A DNA stretch of 64,000 nt from Camelus dromedarius (Eukaryota), in the NCBI RefSeq assembly GCF_036321535.1, contig NC_087464.1:23188001-23252000 (forward strand), given 5' to 3'. Positions 11,770 to 23,714 of the stretch are shown piece after piece. A program made the position numbers and the translations under genes. Position 1 is the first letter of the stretch. Each line of letters begins with the position of its first letter. The notes beneath the pieces were generated by a model that saw nothing but the letters and a program-made list of their open reading frames with translations, ran no database searches and had not been told where the DNA came from.

Positions 11770-11910
11770 GGGCTATTTTTATTTCACTAGAATGTGAGCT
11801 CCCCCGAGCAAGAACTGTTCTTGTGTTGTTCACTGCCGTATCCCCAGCACCTACATCCATGCCTGTCACACAATAGAGACTGAGTACATATTCTGAAGGA
11901 ATGAGTGATT
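11770..11910 (+). mobile_element. L2 3' end
   Basis: cactagaatgtgagctcccc...ttgttcactgccgtatccccagcacct...gaatgagtga. Confidence 0.7.
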
Positions 11911-12449
11911 AATAATAGTGTTTCCTGGGTATCCTTTCAACAAATTCCTATCACCTGATGTCCCCGAATGTGGAACCTGCAAAAGCCCATTGGGGACAAT
12001 GCCTCCCAACAGCACCCATTCCATTCATTCTCAGCAAGTAGCTTCTCAGCAAGTTTACACCAGTGTTATGCTTCTCATTTTTGATTTCAAGAATCTGATT
12101 GTTTTATTCTTTTGTTATTATAAGTAAGTTACTATGAAAATAAGAGTATTTTTATGCATATCCTTCCTCCTCCGAAATCAAATCTTTTGGATCAATTAAA
12201 ACAATAGTCAACATCATACATGACTGTCCCTACAACATTTTGGTCATTCCTGTTGCCCTGGCCTTGTTTCTCCATAGGTGCAGGGGCCTCTGTGATGCTG
12301 GGCTCCTTTGTGCATCTCAACTCTTCCCTGGGTCCAGACCCTTAGCCTCCTCCCAACCCTCATCTCTGTCTGGAACTGCTGATGATCAGCTCCACAGTCC
12401 TGAATTCTGTAGCATGGAGAACAGTTTAGCCTCTTTGATTCCTACCCTC

Positions 12450-12984
12450 TCACACATGTTAGCCTCAGAACTGCTTTACATTCCTAAAAATTATTAACCC
12501 CGTAGAACTTTCTAAAGGTGGGTTATTTACCAATATTTACTGTATTATAATTTAAAATAGGGAAACTTTAAAAATATTTCTGTTTTCATTCATTTAAAAT
12601 AACAATAATAAACTACATGTTAATATAAAAAATATATTTTAAAAAATTATATTTTCCAAAACAAACACACAAAGATAAAGTAGTGAGAAGAGTGGCATTG
12701 TTTACAGTTTTGCATGTCTCTTTAGTGTCTTGCTTAATAGAAGACAGCTGGAGTCTCATATCTGCTTCTGCATGTAATTTCTTGCAATATCACATGTCAT
12801 GCAACCTTTGGAAAATTTCATTATACATTTATGAGAGAATAAGAGTGAAAAAGGCAAAAAATATCTCAGTATTGTTATAAAAAAGTTTGACTTCACAGAG
12901 CCTCCCTCCCTCCCTCTGTGCCCATGCCAAGAAAGGGTCTTAGGGACCTCCAAAGACTTCAGGATCACACATTAAGAACCACTG
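12450..12984. mobile_element. hAT-Charlie DNA transposon remnant (Charlie1-like end)
   Basis: AT-rich body ending in aagggtcttagggacctcc...cacacattaagaaccactg, a Charlie-type terminal inverted repeat. Confidence 0.6.
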
Positions 12985-12990
12985 TTTTAG

Positions 12991-13067
12991 GTGGAAAGGT
13001 ATAGCTCAATGGCAGAGTTCAGGCTTAGTATGCATGAGGTCCTGGATTCAATCCCGAGTTACTGCCA

Positions 13068-13119
<52 letters not shown>

Positions 13120-13131
13120 AATTTAAAAAAC
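12991..13131 (+). mobile_element. tRNA-Ala-derived camelid SINE (vic-1-like), copy 1
   Basis: Head resembles tRNA-Ala(AGC) with A box TAGCTCAATGG and B box GATTCAATCC. (TAAA)n tail. Perfect 14-bp TSD aaccactgttttag at 12977-12990 and 13132-13145. Confidence 0.9.
13069..13120 (+). repeat. (TAAA)13 tetranucleotide microsatellite (SINE tail)
   Basis: Uninterrupted 52-nt array. Confidence 0.95.
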
Positions 13132-13191
13132 AACCACTGTTTTAGACCATGTCCTGGGATGGGGTTGCTGACTTTTCACAACCAAAGCCCA

Positions 13192-13335
13192 TCATTCATT
13201 CACTCAACAAACACTGACCACTTTCTGAGTATCAGACACTGTTCTGGGTGCTGCAGATGCAGCCTAGAACAAAACAAAGTCTCTGTCCTCATGGAACCTA
13301 CATTCTAGTGGGAGGAGATGGGTAACAAACACTAA
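13192..13335 (-). mobile_element. L2 3' end
   Basis: cattcattcactcaacaaacactg...gacactgttctgggtgctg...ctcatggaacctacattctagtgg. Confidence 0.7.
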
Positions 13336-13369
13336 AATATATATCATTATATTAGGTGATAAGTGCCTT

Positions 13370-13836
13370 TGCCCACTAAACCTGGGCGAAGGCTTGGTGA
13401 CTTCCTCGATAAATAAACAGAATGTGGCAGAAGTGACACTGTGTGCTACCCAAGGTTAGGTCATAAAACACAATACAGTTTATGCCTGGCTCTCTCTGTC
13501 ACTGGATGCTCACCCTAGAATCCAGCCGCCATGCTGTGAGGAAGCTCAAACTAATCCAAGCAGAAAGGCCACCTGGAGAGCCCACATGGCAATCTGAGGC
13601 TTCCACCTGTCAGCCAGCAAGAACCAACAGACACGCAAGTAAACAAACTTCCAGACTGGAGTCTTTCAGCCTTCGAGTCTTCCAGCTGAACCAGACATGG
13701 CAGAAAAAGAGACAAGCCACCCTCACTATGCCCTGCCTGAATTCCTGTCCCACAGAATCTGTGAGCAAAAAAAAATTATTGCTTCATAAACCTCAATTTT
13801 GGATAATTCATCAGGGAGCAGTTGGTAACTGGAACA
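13370..13836 (+). mobile_element. MaLR solo LTR (MLT1E/F/G-like)
   Basis: cagaatgtggcagaagtgac, ccgccatgctgtgaggaagc and terminal agcagttggtaactggaaca. Confidence 0.75.
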
Positions 13837-14329
13837 GAGGCCTCTTAGCATCCCAAGTAGGCATTCCAAAGTACTAACTTAATTAAAACAGGCCTGATTA
13901 AAATCCTGCAATGATTTCTTAGGCTGAAAGTCAAAGCTGGTGCACTGACCAGGGTATTAAAAGAGATCTCAGCAATCATTTAACCTTCTTCCCTCCAGGT
14001 TATAACTTGGCAGCTTTGGGATTCAGCTCATGGATGGAAGCAGTCCCAAAGTAGGTTAATAAGGAGGAAGTAACAATAGCCAGGCATGGGCAGTATCTAG
14101 TATCTGACATTCTTCTCCTCCTATGAAGAGGCCACATGAACAGCAGAGAAAGCCCAGAATCATCTTGTCCTGCTACCTACCGCCTACCTCCTGCCATTAA
14201 AAGCCCCTGGTTATGAAGGATTTCCAGGTGAATTTCTTATAAGTTTCATGTAGAAGCTGCATCCATGGGCCACACTGACCTGCAGACATATGTGTTCAAG
14301 GAGAGGAGTTAGCTGACGTGGTAGGCTGC

Positions 14330-14823
14330 CCCTAGAGATGGCTCCCGTGACTGTATATGCATGTCAGGCTTTCCATCAAGAGCTGGAGTTTCTTTTCCTG
14401 CGCCTTGAATATGGGCTGGATGGTGTGACCAATAGAATGCAGAGGAAGTAACAATGTGTGACTTCTGGGCCTGGTCCCTATGAGGCCATGCAATCCCCAC
14501 TTTCATCTTTCTGAGATCAAGCCACTCAAGAAATGGGCCCAGGCTAGAGACCATGTGGAGACAGACCCAGCCAGCACCCCTGGCCATTCCAGCCCCCCAG
14601 CTGAGGCACCAGACATGTGTGTGAAGCCACCTTGAGTTTTCCAGCCCCGGTCAAGCTCCCAGCTGAATGCAGAAGAGTGAGTGGCCCCAGATGATGCCAC
14701 GTGGAACAGAACTGCACATCTGAGTCCAGCCAAACCACAGAAGCACTAGAAATAATAAATCATTGTTATTTTTAACCACCAAGTTTTAAGGTGATTTGTT
14801 AGCCAGTGACAGTTAACTGAAAC
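14330..14823 (+). mobile_element. MaLR solo LTR (MLT1F/G-like)
   Basis: gaccaatagaatgcagaggaagt, cagctgaggcaccagacatgtg and terminal aagttttaaggtgatttgttagccagtgacagttaactgaaaca. Confidence 0.75.
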
Positions 14824-17399
14824 AATTGGCCACATTTAAAAACCTAAACTGTCACACAAAAATATAAACTTTGAGGCTTCTTTTTTTGAAAACACTGGAC
14901 CTGAATTGCTCACTTTAACTTCAGGGAGGAATCTGAAAGATGTGCTCACAACCCTCAGTGAAGATCAGTGGGTACCACAAGACAACTGTTTCAGAGAGGG
15001 GAGGAGTCCTGCCTGTTCCCATGACTTCTCTGGAGGCAGAAATGATGGGAGCTGGTGACATCCAATCACAACTATTATCTTTCCTGAGGCAGGCTCACTG
15101 GACAGGTCATTAATCAGCAAGTATGCATAATTTCTGGGCAGAGAGTGGGTTCTCCCAGGAATTTTGCAAACAAAATATGTTCTTTACCCTTATCGAAATA
15201 TATCAGATTTATCTTCTGGGACACAATGGGACAAGGTGCCTTGTGATTTACTTCAGAACAATAGAAGGCAGACAGGGTTGGTTAACTTTATCTTTTGCTT
15301 AAGAGAAGGGAAGACAGTTACTTGGTGGTGACAGGGGACCCTGATGGCCATAAAGGGGATTTGACCAAGTAGCTCCTTGAACTGGCATGAACCTCAACTC
15401 AGCCAGCTTGATTTGGGGGCTCTATTCTGGGCCAGTGGGCTGGGGGCTGGGGGTGACAGGGGTATTATGTGAAAAGAACTGTTTCTACTCTCACCACCAA
15501 GGGGAGGTGGGAAAGGGACAATTACCAGGAAGAGAGGTGGCCCAGGGAAGAGGAAACTATTCCTGGCTTCTTCTCAGTGATCCAGATCCTAGAGCCCTCT
15601 GTAGCAACAAAATTACATTGTTCATTATAAGCCTGCCTCTGACAGGATGTGATGGGAGTAGGGAACTATGTATGTAATATTCAGAAAAGCTGACACAGCC
15701 ACTCCTTATTGAAATGAAGCAGAAAATGTTAAATCACACACAAGCAGAACAAAATCACTGGGTCTGTATTCCTGCCTGTCAACAAACAGCTGGGGCCCAG
15801 CAGCTCTGGCTGCCCCATGAGGGCTGACATCCTGCTCTGCTTTTTCTTCTTTATTTTTTTTAACCCTGCCCTCCAGGTTTGCCTACAAGCTTTACTGTTC
15901 AGTAGCTGAGTCTTTGGGCAAGGGTTTTAGCCTCTATCTGCAAAGTGGGAGTGATGATTGCATGGAGGTACTAGGGGGATAACCTGAGACAATTTCAAGA
16001 GGTAAATCCTATTATCATCATCATAGTTTCCATTTTATAGTAGAAGAAACTGAGGCACAGAGAGGCTCCATAGCTTGACCAAGGGCATAGCTAGCAAGTG
16101 GCAAAGCAGGGACTCAAACCCAGGCAGTGGGGCTCCAAGCCCATACTCTTCACCACCTCTCTAGCTGCTTTTGTGCGTTAGGCAGGCATTTTGTAAGTTG
16201 TAGAAAAACTCAATGCACCCCTAAGGGATAGTTATAATCTGGGAAGGCATAAACCACGCACCTTAGCTCTGCCCCAGGTCAGAGCTGGAAGATGAAAAGC
16301 AGCCCTGGTACCCCCTCTCCCGCCTCCAGCCATGGCAGGCAAGAACCTGGCAGAGCAGAATTCTACTCTGGAGTTCCAGGACCTTCACGATGGGTAGGTA
16401 GCTATGGAGTCCTAGAACTGATGGCTTTTTGCCCTGCTTCCTCTTCCTCCTGCAGATGGTCTGGTGCCATGATTAAAAACAGACTCTGGAGCCAGACTGA
16501 CTCTGGACGTGGTTCTACCTCACTTGTGAAATGGGTACTGGCTACCAACTAGCACTTGTTGTATGAAATGAGTTAGTACATGTGAGTGCATAGCACAGTG
16601 TCTGGCATGTAGTAAGTGCTAAGTAAGTGTCAGCTGTCACTTGTAACTATTCCCTCATCTTCTCAGCTCTATATCTTCCTTCCACCCAAAGTTCTCCAAC
16701 ATCCTGATTCTTTTATTTTTGATCAATTCCCACCTTGGAATTAGGGGCATAACCTTATCTTCAGACAGCAAAGCTGATCCAAAGGTAGAAGCAATAATGG
16801 GGGAATCTCAGGCTTTACAGCAGGTTCTTGAGAAGACTTTGCGGGGGCAACCGCTCTCCTGGGAACTCTAACTTTGCCCAAGTGAGTGCCATTTTACTAC
16901 ACTTGCCTCTGGAATCTGGAAGGAAGACGGAGGGCTAGTGGCAGCACCTACTCTTGGGGAGTTGGAGAAGGAGCTCCGATGGCTTCTTTTATCTCTCTTT
17001 CCCTCTCCTAGAGACCTCTCTCCTTACTCATTTTAGGCCCCGCATATCCCCTCTCACCTCTGCCTCCCAGGACTCAGGTGACATGTTCTGTTGGCTAGGA
17101 AAACATTGAATTTCACACAAGGTCAATAGCTCTTGAACTAGTGAACCACTCACTGGGTCTACAATGCAAACCTGAGAGCCAGCACAGCAGGAGGAGCAGC
17201 CTGAAGGCAGAGGCTTTGCTGGTGTTGGGACCCCTGGGTCCTATCCTGGCTGGTCCAAGGGGAAAAGCAATTATGGAGGTGAAACATGGTGAGGGGGCTG
17301 GACTAGGGTGTAGACAGAGATGGGGAGCTGGGATCAGAGCACTGCCCCAGGGCCTGGGACTCAGTCTAAGGGAGGAGGTGCCTGGCCTGAGAAGGGACT

Positions 17400-17570
17400 C
17401 CTGTGTCACACAGAACTCTCTCCCAGAGAGAGGAGAGAGGCCCTGAGCTAAAACCACCCCTATAAGCTGCTCTTGGACTTCTAGCCCTCAGAAATGGTAA
17501 GATGATGAATGTTTTTGCTTTAAGCTACTGAGTTTTGAGGTAATTTTTATGCAGCAGTAGTGACCAACAC
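17400..17570 (+). mobile_element. MLT1 LTR 3' fragment
   Basis: ggacttctagccctcagaaatggtaagatgatgaatgtttttgctttaagctactgagttttgaggtaattt...gcagcagtag. Confidence 0.65.
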
Positions 17571-19219
17571 ATCCCCCTGTCCCCAAAACCAACTCATACC
17601 TTTACTGGGGAGCTCCCATCATTTAGAAGCTCCTTTTCCCCTTATACTGGGGTGATGTAGAGCCGCTGTGTTCAAATATTTCCGGCTGCTGCTTTCTGGC
17701 TGTGGTACATTGGGCAAGTTACTTCTGTGCCTGAGTTTCCACATCTGTCAAACGATGATAGGAAGATTTCAAAGATTAAATCAGGGAATAGATGTTAGAG
17801 TACCTGGCCCAATGCTGGACACTTGATGGGGGCCTGATAAATCTGACCTCCCTTCGGCCCCCTCTAACTTTCTAGTTTGTGACTCCTTTGCATGCTCCCA
17901 AGCTCCTGCCTGGAGTGGCTCGAACTAGGACCGGGGACTTTAGGGGATCCCAATCCTCTTCCCACCACTGGAGACAGAGGAGGAGGAGACCTGCCCTGCA
18001 CCAGGGATTTTCTTCCAGTACTGGAGAGAGACGCCACTTGTCCATGGGAGGCAGGGTGTCCTATTGGAAAGGTCTCCTAGCACAGCAGGGGCTGGTGCTG
18101 CATTGGAACCTTGGGCTACCGCCCAGCTACCCCTCCACCTCCTTTGAGGGTGAAAGGAGTCTGCTTCGCCACTCACTAGTCCCTATCATATTAGGAAAAC
18201 TGCAATTTCCAAGGCTTTGCCCATTTCTTTTGCTTTCACCAGCTTTCTTCCCCCATCTCCCTTTAAAATTTTAAAAATTTTCTTCTAATCACAAAAAAAA
18301 TGGAAAACAACAACAGCCAACATTTCCTGAGAACCTACCAGCCAAGGTTCTAAGACTGTTGTTACATGTCTCACAACCACTTTATGAGGCAGGTTCCTGT
18401 ATTAGCCCCATTTTACAGCTGAGAAAACCAAGGCATAAGGGTTAAGTAAATTGCCCAAAGTCACAAAGAGGCGAAAAGAAGCTAATGAAGCTCAGGCTTC
18501 AGGGTCAGGACCTCACTTACACAGGCCATTTCAAAATTCTGGTCTTAATTTTGTATTCATATTTAGTAGTTCTTTCCTGAGAGAGTCCCACAAAAACTGG
18601 ATGCGGCTTCAGAGGTAACAGATGCAGTGTGCTGTTTTCTTGCAGATAGTTTAAAAATACATTTACATCTATAAAAACAGATACACAGAAATACATTCCC
18701 CTCTCCCTTATTAAAAATACTCGTGGCCCTGCCTTATAGATCGCTGGTACTCGGTGTTTTTTTCTCTTTTCTTTTTTTTAAAGTCTTGACTGTCTTTCTA
18801 CTTTTCTAACTGTCACGGAGTGTGAGCCTCAGACGCTCAAGTTTATTTATTCATCTTCCCAGAGTTGAGCCCTCTTCTCCCCTCCCAACCGCGTTTGTGG
18901 GTCTCTAGGATTCCTCCCTGCCTCCCCCACGTATCCTCCCTTCGCCCCGCTCCTCATCCAGGTTTCCTCTCTCACAGCGCCCCCTTCCCCGGCTATCCAA
19001 GCCCCCATCCCAGGCTTGGGTATTTCTCCCTTTCTGCCCCGGTACTTCACCGTCCACCTCCATGGGCCCCTTTCTAGCCCTCGCATCCAGCCTGCCAAAC
19101 TCGCTACCCTCATTCACAGTTCCCCCCTCGAGTCTTTCCGCCCCCCACCCACGCTCCAGCTCCCCACCCTGCCCTGCCACTCCGCCGCGCGGCAGGAGCG
19201 CACAGCCGGCGGGCTACGA

Positions 19220-19300
19220 CGCGCGCTGACAGTGTAATGAATGGCTTCAGCTGTAATTAGCGACCCGGCGGCTAATCATGATGTATATTTACATTTTAAG
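19220..19300. promoter_or_regulatory. Candidate enhancer: MEIS/PBX, homeobox and forkhead motif cluster
   Basis: TGACAG 19227-32, TAATGA 19235-40, TAATTA 19254-59, TAATCA 19273-78 and TATTTAC 19286-92, forming an AT-rich island within CpG-rich non-repeat DNA. Confidence 0.45.
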
Positions 19301-21029
19301 TGCTGCGGAGGGAGCTGGAAAGGGGAGGGAAGGGGCGGTAGGGGATGCGGGCCTTTTCCATGGTCTCCCTTCACTGACTGGGGAGCGAAGTGAATCGAGT
19401 CTTCCTACAGCTGGTGGCAGTGGAGGGGGATGGGGGTGCGGCGCCTTCCAGGGCCCACCCAGACAGACACAGAACAGCCTCATCCTCACCCTGCTTAAAC
19501 GCGTAGCTCCCAGGCCCCTTCCGCCAAATTGCAGACCCCTGAGTAATCCCCTCCAAGTGAACGTTCAGCCTAGGCTTGCATACCCCCGTGGATGGAGAGC
19601 TCGCTTCTTCCCTAACCAGTCCGTTCCAACAAAGATTCTAGCCGTTCGGAGACTTTTTCTCAGGTCTAGCGAAATGGATGCCCTTTAAGTTCTACAACTG
19701 CCTCAGTCTTACAGAGCCTGAGGTTCTCCGCGCCCCGCCACGCCCTGCAGACTGTTGTGTCCTCTCCAAGCTGCTGTGCCTCCGACTCCTACGGCTATTC
19801 CTCATGGGGCCCGTGGGAGCTGGGGCGGGGGGCGAAGTACAGGATCTGAGCGGAACGCGCCCTCGAAGGCCCCTGATAGCAGCGTGAGGGAAGGAGATCT
19901 GAGAGGGGGTAGGTCATTCACACTTGGGGCTCAAAGGTCCACTTGTTCCAGTCACTCCCAAGGGGCGGTAATAGGGTCAGCCCCGGGTTCCAAACATGCT
20001 GAGGGGACGAAAACGCGAGGAGAGAGAGTGGGACCCCGGCAAGCCCAGCTCAAGACTGGGGCCCACCTCCTTCAGTCACTGTTTTGCCCCCAGCACTTTA
20101 AGGGTTTCCCGCCCGCAGCAGCAGTCTGTGCTCCTTCCCGCCACGCCCCGTCTTACTCCCGCCCGGATCAGGTCGGCCCACTCTCAGCACTGTGCGTGTG
20201 CGAGTAGGGTGGAAAGATGAAAGGCAAGGCCCCAGGGCAGTTCTAGGGAGGGTCCAGCTTCTTCTCAAACCCCCTCCTGCCCATTAGCAGTTCTTCACCC
20301 ACAACCTCACCTCTCTATCTTCACCGTTCATCTCTCCTAGCAAGAGATCTGGGGTCACTCCCTGGGTCTTGCAGAGTTCCCGGGGAGGGGCACCCAGTAA
20401 CTGCATAACACCCCGAGGCTTCAACTTCCCACCTTCCTTCCTCCTCAAAACCTGCCTTCACCCAGTCTCCTTTTTAATAAAGAACCCCACTGGGTCCCAG
20501 GGAGCCAGGCTGACTGACAACAAATTCCATCTGGGAAGAAGAGGGATCCACGTTAGGAGGCAACAATTTCTGGCTTACCCTAAAGCATGCAGCTCTAATA
20601 GTCGACTTTCAGGCATGGATGGAGGGAGCTTAGTTCCCCTTGAGAAGGGGTCCCCTTGTTCTCATCCCATTTATCTCATGGAACAGCCTGGCCCAAAGCC
20701 TCAGTCTCCACACCCCAGGGGTGTGCGGGCGTCCGGGAGCCTCCAGCTTCAGTCAGTCGCCGCGAGGCTGAGACCTCAGTCTCCGACTGCCCGGCAAAGA
20801 CCACGCGGCGACGTAGTTGTCCGAGGGCAGGCGCGGAACACAGCGGGAGCCAGCGCCTCCCGCACTCTGCTGACCGTGCACAGGCTGTCCTTGAGACGGG
20901 AATATCGGCTCCGGGGCGGAAGGGACAAAAGGAGGGGGTTGTTCCTCCGAAGAGTGGGAGAAAGAGGCCCCAGCCCCCAGCAGGCCGCTGGGAGATCTCT
21001 CATTAGGAGGGGACAACGGGCGGCCTTCA

Positions 21030-21345
21030 GTTGAAACGCGGAAGTGTTCGGGGAACAGGCTGGAAACGGCTTTTGCCCCGCAAACGCAGTTTTTATTTAG
21101 CTTGCCCGTTTCTGAGGATTGGCTCGGGAAGGGCTGATGACGATTATAGGGAAACTTCGCCTGACAAGTCACCCCCTGGCACTGCCATCGACCCCCACGG
21201 TGTGCGCGGCTCCCTCGCCCCTGAAGCGGAGGACAAGACTGGACGCGAGAGGCGGGTGAGGCAAGGACAAGGGCGGGCCGGGCCGAGTTAGGGGCGGGGC
21301 CTGGCGGTAGGGGCGGGGCTCCCAGGCTCCCAGGCGGGGCCTCCT
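21030..21345 (+). promoter_or_regulatory. RPP25: RPP25 core promoter within a large patchy CpG island (~19150-22200)
   Basis: ETS CGGAAGT 21039-45, inverted CCAAT (ATTGG) 21118-22 and multiple GGGCGGGG GC boxes at 21270-21340. TATA-less. Confidence 0.7.
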
Positions 21346-21506
21346 CTGAAGGCGCGGAGCACTCGGCTCCGAGAGCGCGGAGTAGAGCAGCGCCCACTAG
21401 AGAGAAGTGGAAGACGAAGATCGCACGGTCCCAGCCCGCCTGCCAGCGTCCACGCCGCTCCCACACCCTTACCCCTGCCGGCCCTTGCCGGACGCGACTG
21501 GCGGCC

Positions 21507-21524
21507 ATGCAGCCCCGGGGCTGA
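21507..21524 (+). other. Upstream ORF MQPRG* in the RPP25 5' leader
   Basis: gccATG CAG CCC CGG GGC TGA, with G at -3. Confidence 0.55.
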
Positions 21525-21575
21525 GGCGGCCCCATGGCGAAACCCACGTCCCCGCGGTCCCGGCAACGACGGCGC

Positions 21576-22178
21576 ATGGAGAACTTCCGTAAGGTGCGCT
21601 CCGAGGAGGCGCCGGTGGGGAGCGGGGACGAGGGAGGCGGCCCAGGCTCCGGCCCCTTCGCGGACCTGGCGCCGGACGCCGTGCACATGCGGGTCAAGGA
21701 GGGCAGCAAGATCCGGAACCTGCTNNNNNNNNNNNNNNNNNNNNNNNNNNNNNNNNNNNNNNNNNNNNNNNNNNNNNNNNNNNNNNNNNNNNNNNNNNNN
21801 NNNNNNNNNNNNNNNNNNNNNNNNNNNNNNNNNNNNNNNNNNNNNNNNNNNNNNNNNNNNNNNNTGCGCTACCGGAGCGTGCGTGAGGTATGGCAGAGCC
21901 TCCAGCCGGAGCCCACGCCGGGTCAGAAGCCTGACGAACCAGCCGCCAGTCTCAGTGTACTTAAGAACGTGCCCAGCCTCGCCATCCTACTTTCCAAGGA
22001 TGCGCTGGATCCGGGCCAACCCGGCTACCAGCCCCCGAACCCCTATCCTGGCCCCTCGTCCCAGCCAACAGCGCCGACGACATCCAAGAGGAGTCTAGGG
22101 GAACCCGCAGCTGGAGAAGGCTGCGCAAAGAGGTCACAACCTGAACCAGGTGCTGCGGAAGAGGACCGGACGGCCTGA
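21576..22178 (+). CDS. RPP25: Ribonuclease P/MRP protein subunit p25 (Alba domain), intronless, 200 aa
   Basis: MENFRKVRSEEAP...VHMRVKEGSKIRNL...RYRSVREVWQSL...AILLSKDALDP...EEDRTA matches mammalian RPP25. The core (21725-21864) is N-masked but stays in frame. An in-frame upstream ATG at 21534 could add 14 aa. Confidence 0.97.
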   Translation: MENFRKVRSEEAPVGSGDEGGGPGSGPFADLAPDAVHMRVKEGSKIRNLXXXXXXXXXXXXXXXXXXXXXXXXXXXXXXXXXXXXXXXXXXXXXXXXRYRSVREVWQSLQPEPTPGQKPDEPAASLSVLKNVPSLAILLSKDALDPGQPGYQPPNPYPGPSSQPTAPTTSKRSLGEPAAGEGCAKRSQPEPGAAEEDRTA

Positions 22179-23708
22179 GAACTGCGGCCTCTGAGCCACC
22201 TAGGCAGGCTCGATCCTACTTCCAGAGCATCCACCTTGACACACACCTTCAGCCTTTCATGACTTGGTACTCTGGAGCCCACAGCCTGAACTCAGCTCTT
22301 CTGACTGGCCGCATGGACCCCAAGGCGACAAGAGAGGGACCCCAAGGAAGTTTCGTGGTGTGGTTGCTCCCCCACCTGTGTTGCCTGATGACACAGAACT
22401 CCACCTTCAGCTTTTCGGAACCATAGGGGACCTTCTTCCAGGAGGGAATGGTGGGCAGCGGCACTCTTGAGCCTTGCTCAGGACCCCCAAGGGTAAAGGC
22501 ACCCAGGATTCACGAGGGGGGGCCTGGAGTGTGGAAGCTGAGGAGAGCTCTTGGAATCGTTCCACCGGTGTTGGTTGAGGGCAAGGGTTCAGAAACCACT
22601 GCTGGAAGGCAGAGGATTCTGAATTGTTGGGGGGAGGGGATGGCTTATTCTGCCCTTCACCGTAGGACAGTTTCCTTTCTAGTTTTCCATTCCCTGCTTT
22701 TAAGGAGCATCCTGAGATCGTGGTGGCAGGGGCATTTCCATGGGCTCTAGCTCTTTCAACATCCCCCTTTCCCCATGCTGGCCCAGAGGGAGAGACACAG
22801 GACAGAACTCTCCATGCCTCCTCCCCTGAGCAGTCTTGCTTCCAATAAAACAAACACAAAAATGGCTCTGTCCCCAGGTTTTTTTCCTAACCACTTGCCT
22901 GTACAGAGACTGCTCTGGCCTGCCCCCTTGTGTCTCAGTCCTCTCCAGCCTGGAATTCTTAGCCTTTGGAGTCCTCAGGGTCAGAAACCAGACAGCTTCA
23001 AAATGGTGCAGGGAGCACGCTGCCAAGTCCCTGGCTTCTCCCTTTCTCAGCCCTCCCTGGCTGGCTATAGCCTCGGGGGCTTGTGGCCAGAAAGAGACCT
23101 TTGTCTGCTTATGCATTACCGCTGAGGGAAGAGAGCAGCACATTGCTTTTCTAGAAGGGGAAGGAAAGCGAGCATCAGTGAACTCTCCTAGGGGTCACTG
23201 CCAAGGGTGGCAGACCCTACTGGGGTCCCTAAACCTGCAACCTCCTGCCTATAGACAGCCTTATCCAGAAGGCTGGCACAGAGCACCGCCTCCCCATGGA
23301 TAGGATCTCCCCTTCACTGCTCTCTCTGAGAAAGGACAACACACCCTTGGGAGAGGGGGAGGGAGGAGAGAGACTAAGCACAAATCCACTGCTGGAAATT
23401 ACTATTCAGCAGAGAAGCTGAAACTTGGGCTGTGAATCACTGCAGCCTCCCTGATAAGCTGCTGCCTCTAGCCCTGCACAGCTGTCTGTTGAGAGATAAC
23501 GGCCTTATAAGCCTTTCTGCCAAACTCCAAATCAGGTGGGGGTGGTGGGCAGAGTGCTGTGTGCTGGAAGAACTCTAGCTGTGGAGGCGGGGGTGGGCAC
23601 AGAGATCCAGGATCTCAGAAGCAGACCCTGCCCCATGCACACTTGACAGCACCCTTGGAAAGGAGGAGATGGGGAAGAATGTAAGTCACTTTACAGGTGG
23701 AAACCTGA

Positions 23709-23714
23709 AATAAA
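23709..23714 (+). terminator. RPP25: Probable RPP25 poly(A) signal AATAAA (alternative proximal signal at 22844-22849)
   Basis: AATAAA about 1.5 kb after the stop, followed by GU-rich sequence. Confidence 0.6.

Noticed and set aside
21132-21163. C-box (TGATGA) and D-box (CTGA) pair suggesting a snoRNA
   Set aside because: Only about 30 nt long, no terminal stem, and located in a promoter rather than an intron.
20753-21709. 318-aa ORF antisense to RPP25 and 221-aa ORF 20369-21034
   Set aside because: Expected by chance in very GC-rich DNA; no recognisable homology or splice structure.
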